Made by a program: the position numbers and the translations under genes. A stretch of DNA of 37,112 bases. It comes from a virus. Lineage: Duplodnaviria; Caudoviricetes. The DNA lies in the IMG/VR virus record IMGVR_UViG_3300025296_002997, positions 1 through 37,112 of that record. One strand, written 5' to 3'. Each line of letters opens with the position of its first letter. Positions within the stretch are counted from its first letter, which is position 1. Of the stretch, positions 35,385 through 37,112 are shown piece after piece. The notes under the pieces are model-generated. The model ran no database searches. It was not told where the DNA came from and was given only the letters and a program-made list of their open reading frames with translations.

Positions 35385-35403
35385 GTCGACTCCCCGCCCC
35401 GCC
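35385..35403 (-). other. Putative cos site (19-nt cohesive end)
   Basis: GGCGGGGCGGGGAGTCGAC resembles P2 cos GGCGAGGCGGGGAAAGCAC; lies beyond the portal gene. Confidence 0.7.
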
Positions 35404-35571
35404 TGCGCGCTAAACCTGTGTGTTTTTATGCACCCATGCACATGCCGCTAAACCGCGCCGTTACTGGGGCCTGCGGCCATATTCTGTACGCCCATTTTCA
35501 TGCGGAATCATGCGAATTTCTTCGAACAGAGGATGGTGTGATTTTACAGAGGGAGTAGGGCATAGAAGCAA

Positions 35572-35877
35572 GGGGGTATCGGAAAAAGGTAACCTGAGTG
35601 ATCTGCCTATTTTTTCTTCATAAGTCACTGAATTTATGTTGATTGTCGATTACCCCAAAAAGGTAATAAAAGGTGATGTAAAAGGTAATTTTTGAGTAAC
35701 TTATTGATAGTAAATGATTTTTATAGATGAACAATTCACCTTTATAAAAGGTAATGTGGTTACCTATCGATCACCTTTTTATTACCTTTTGAACGTCTGT
35801 TTTAATTCATTTATTTTCAGAAGGTTAGGTCTTTTTCGTGAGGTTGATTACCTTTATTACCTTTTTCCGAGACCCCC
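35572..35877. repeat. AT-rich region with AAAGGT(A/G)A iterons; putative replication origin
   Basis: 5 forward and 5 reverse octamers; 21-bp terminal inverted repeat (20/21); IHF-like TAACTTATTGATA at 35697-35709. Confidence 0.65.
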
Positions 35878-36038
35878 AAACATTCCCGCCAACCCTGCAC
35901 ATGTGACGTGCGCACGCACGTGATAATGACGTTGCTGCCAAAAGCTCGGGAACAAACTGGGAATGCCTTGGTGCTGTCAGTCGCGATAGGTCATAATAGA
36001 ATCAGTCAGTTAGGCAGTAGAAGGGAGGTCAGTGTGGT

Positions 36039-36061
36039 TTCGAATCCCTCCCTCTCCGCCA
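36039..36061 (+). other. attR: duplicated tRNA 3' end (probably tRNA-Ser)
   Basis: TTCGAATCCCTCCCTCTCCGCCA = T-loop to CCA with no 5' half; IHF-like AATCAGTCAGTTA at 36000-36012. Confidence 0.85.
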
Positions 36062-36069
36062 CAGAATTT

Positions 36070-36103
36070 AAAAAAGCCCGCTGAGCAATCAGCGGGCTTT
36101 TTT
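36070..36103 (+). terminator. Intrinsic terminator (original tRNA terminator)
   Basis: AAAAAAGCCCGCTGA-GCAA-TCAGCGGGCTTTTTT. Confidence 0.9.
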
Positions 36104-36239
36104 GTGTCCGAGATTTTCGCGAATAAACAAACAGCGCTCATGCCTTAGCGTGCAGAATGCCTCCTCCACCGACACAAGAGTTGCCCTGACAACCCACGAT
36201 CCGTCTATACTCGAGAAAAGTCACCCGACTAGGCTGCCC

Positions 36240-37112
36240 ATGTCCGTTGATTTGCAGGCGCTTTATCCTAAGCTGATTCATTTGATGCTCGACGCTGTGT
36301 TCGTCGTGGATGCGGATCATAAGATTCTTTTTGTCAGCGATGCCTGCGAATCGCTGCTGGGTTACCGTGCCGATGAGCTGGTAGGCACGCTAATTACTCA
36401 CTATATGCACCCGGAAGATTTGGCTATAACCAAAGCCTCCATTAGGCGGGTGATGAATGGGCAGCCCCATCTCGATTTTCGTAACCGCTACCTACATAAG
36501 AACGGCAGCGTGGTGCATGTGCTTTGGTCGGCCCGTTGGTCGGATGAAGAGCAGGTGAGAATTGGCGTTGCTCGAGATGTAACCGCTCAGGTGCAAGCGG
36601 AAGACGACCTGCGCTTTCTTGCACATCACGATCCGCTCACCAAACTGACCAATCGTTCATTGTTTTACGGTCGTTTGGAGGCAGCGTTAAGTACGGCAAA
36701 GCGCTATCAAAACCGTTTTGCGCTGCTGTTTTTAGATGTAAACGACTTCAAACGAATTAACGATGTGCATGGCCACGCGGTGGGAGATGCGGTGCTTTGC
36801 GAGGTAGCTCGCCGTTTGAGTGGCTGCGTGCGTGAGACTGATACGGTGGCACGTATGGGGGGCGATGAATTTACGGTGATATTAACCGACGTTCACTCTA
36901 AAGAGGCCGCCATCGAAAAAGCTGCCCAAATACTGGAGGTGCTCTCTGAACCGCTCGCGGCAGAGGTAGGAGGGGCGGATATGCGGGATATCGGCATGCC
37001 GTCTTGCAGTGTGGGTGTGGCCACCTACCCAGAAGACGGCAAAGATGCTGATACGCTACTGAATTATGCAGACGTGAAAATGTACCGAATGAAAAGGCGT
37101 CGTTCGCGTTAG
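36240..37112 (+). CDS. Host PAS-domain diguanylate cyclase
   Basis: PAS (LLGY..DEL.G..HPED); HDPLT.L.NR; RETD I-site; intact GGDEF; start may be further upstream. Confidence 0.92.
   Translation: MSVDLQALYPKLIHLMLDAVFVVDADHKILFVSDACESLLGYRADELVGTLITHYMHPEDLAITKASIRRVMNGQPHLDFRNRYLHKNGSVVHVLWSARWSDEEQVRIGVARDVTAQVQAEDDLRFLAHHDPLTKLTNRSLFYGRLEAALSTAKRYQNRFALLFLDVNDFKRINDVHGHAVGDAVLCEVARRLSGCVRETDTVARMGGDEFTVILTDVHSKEAAIEKAAQILEVLSEPLAAEVGGADMRDIGMPSCSVGVATYPEDGKDADTLLNYADVKMYRMKRRRSR

Larger units (their letters stand above)
1..36061. mobile_element. P2-like (phiCTX-like layout) prophage; left att outside the window, attR at 36039-36061
   Basis: Integrase, repressor, ogr, complete P2-syntenic head/lysis/tail genes, P2-type cos and tRNA 3'-end duplication at the right boundary. 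Confidence 0.95.

Noticed and set aside
35714-35923. 69-aa ORF in the AT-rich region
   Set aside because: Runs through the iteron array, has no RBS, and has a low-complexity composition
36039-36061. Complete tRNA gene
   Set aside because: Only the 3' 23 nt are present; the upstream sequence does not form acceptor, D or anticodon arms

Overview
Bases 1..36061 are an apparently complete P2-like (Peduoviridae-type, contractile-tailed) prophage, followed by a host PAS-GGDEF gene. Its layout resembles phiCTX: integrase at the far left end; cos, a putative origin and attR (a duplicated tRNA 3' end, probably tRNA-Ser) at the right end; attL lies left of the window. Replication uses a Zn-finger/TOPRIM/P-loop primase-helicase instead of P2 gpA. 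The repressor is a cleavable HTH-S24 protein and the integrase has its own LexA box, so the element looks SOS-inducible. The head, lysis and tail modules are syntenic with P2. The AT-rich cargo is the most interesting part: (i) a three-gene ParB-like NTPase/HTH + PD-(D/E)XK-like protein + convergent C5 cytosine methyltransferase cassette, the best candidate for an undescribed RM-like defence system; (ii) an unannotated 24-aa hydrophobic ORF with a sequestered RBS and a possible fully antisense RNA (type I toxin-antitoxin-like); (iii) two membrane-protein morons and an RHH protein; (iv) an internally deleted umuC beside a catalytically degenerate UmuD-like gene; (v) a c4-like antisense RNA/Bro-N/AntA antirepressor module with an intragenic palindrome array. 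All calls come from reading motifs and synteny; no database searches were run. A gammaproteobacterial host is inferred from the LexA boxes and gene content.
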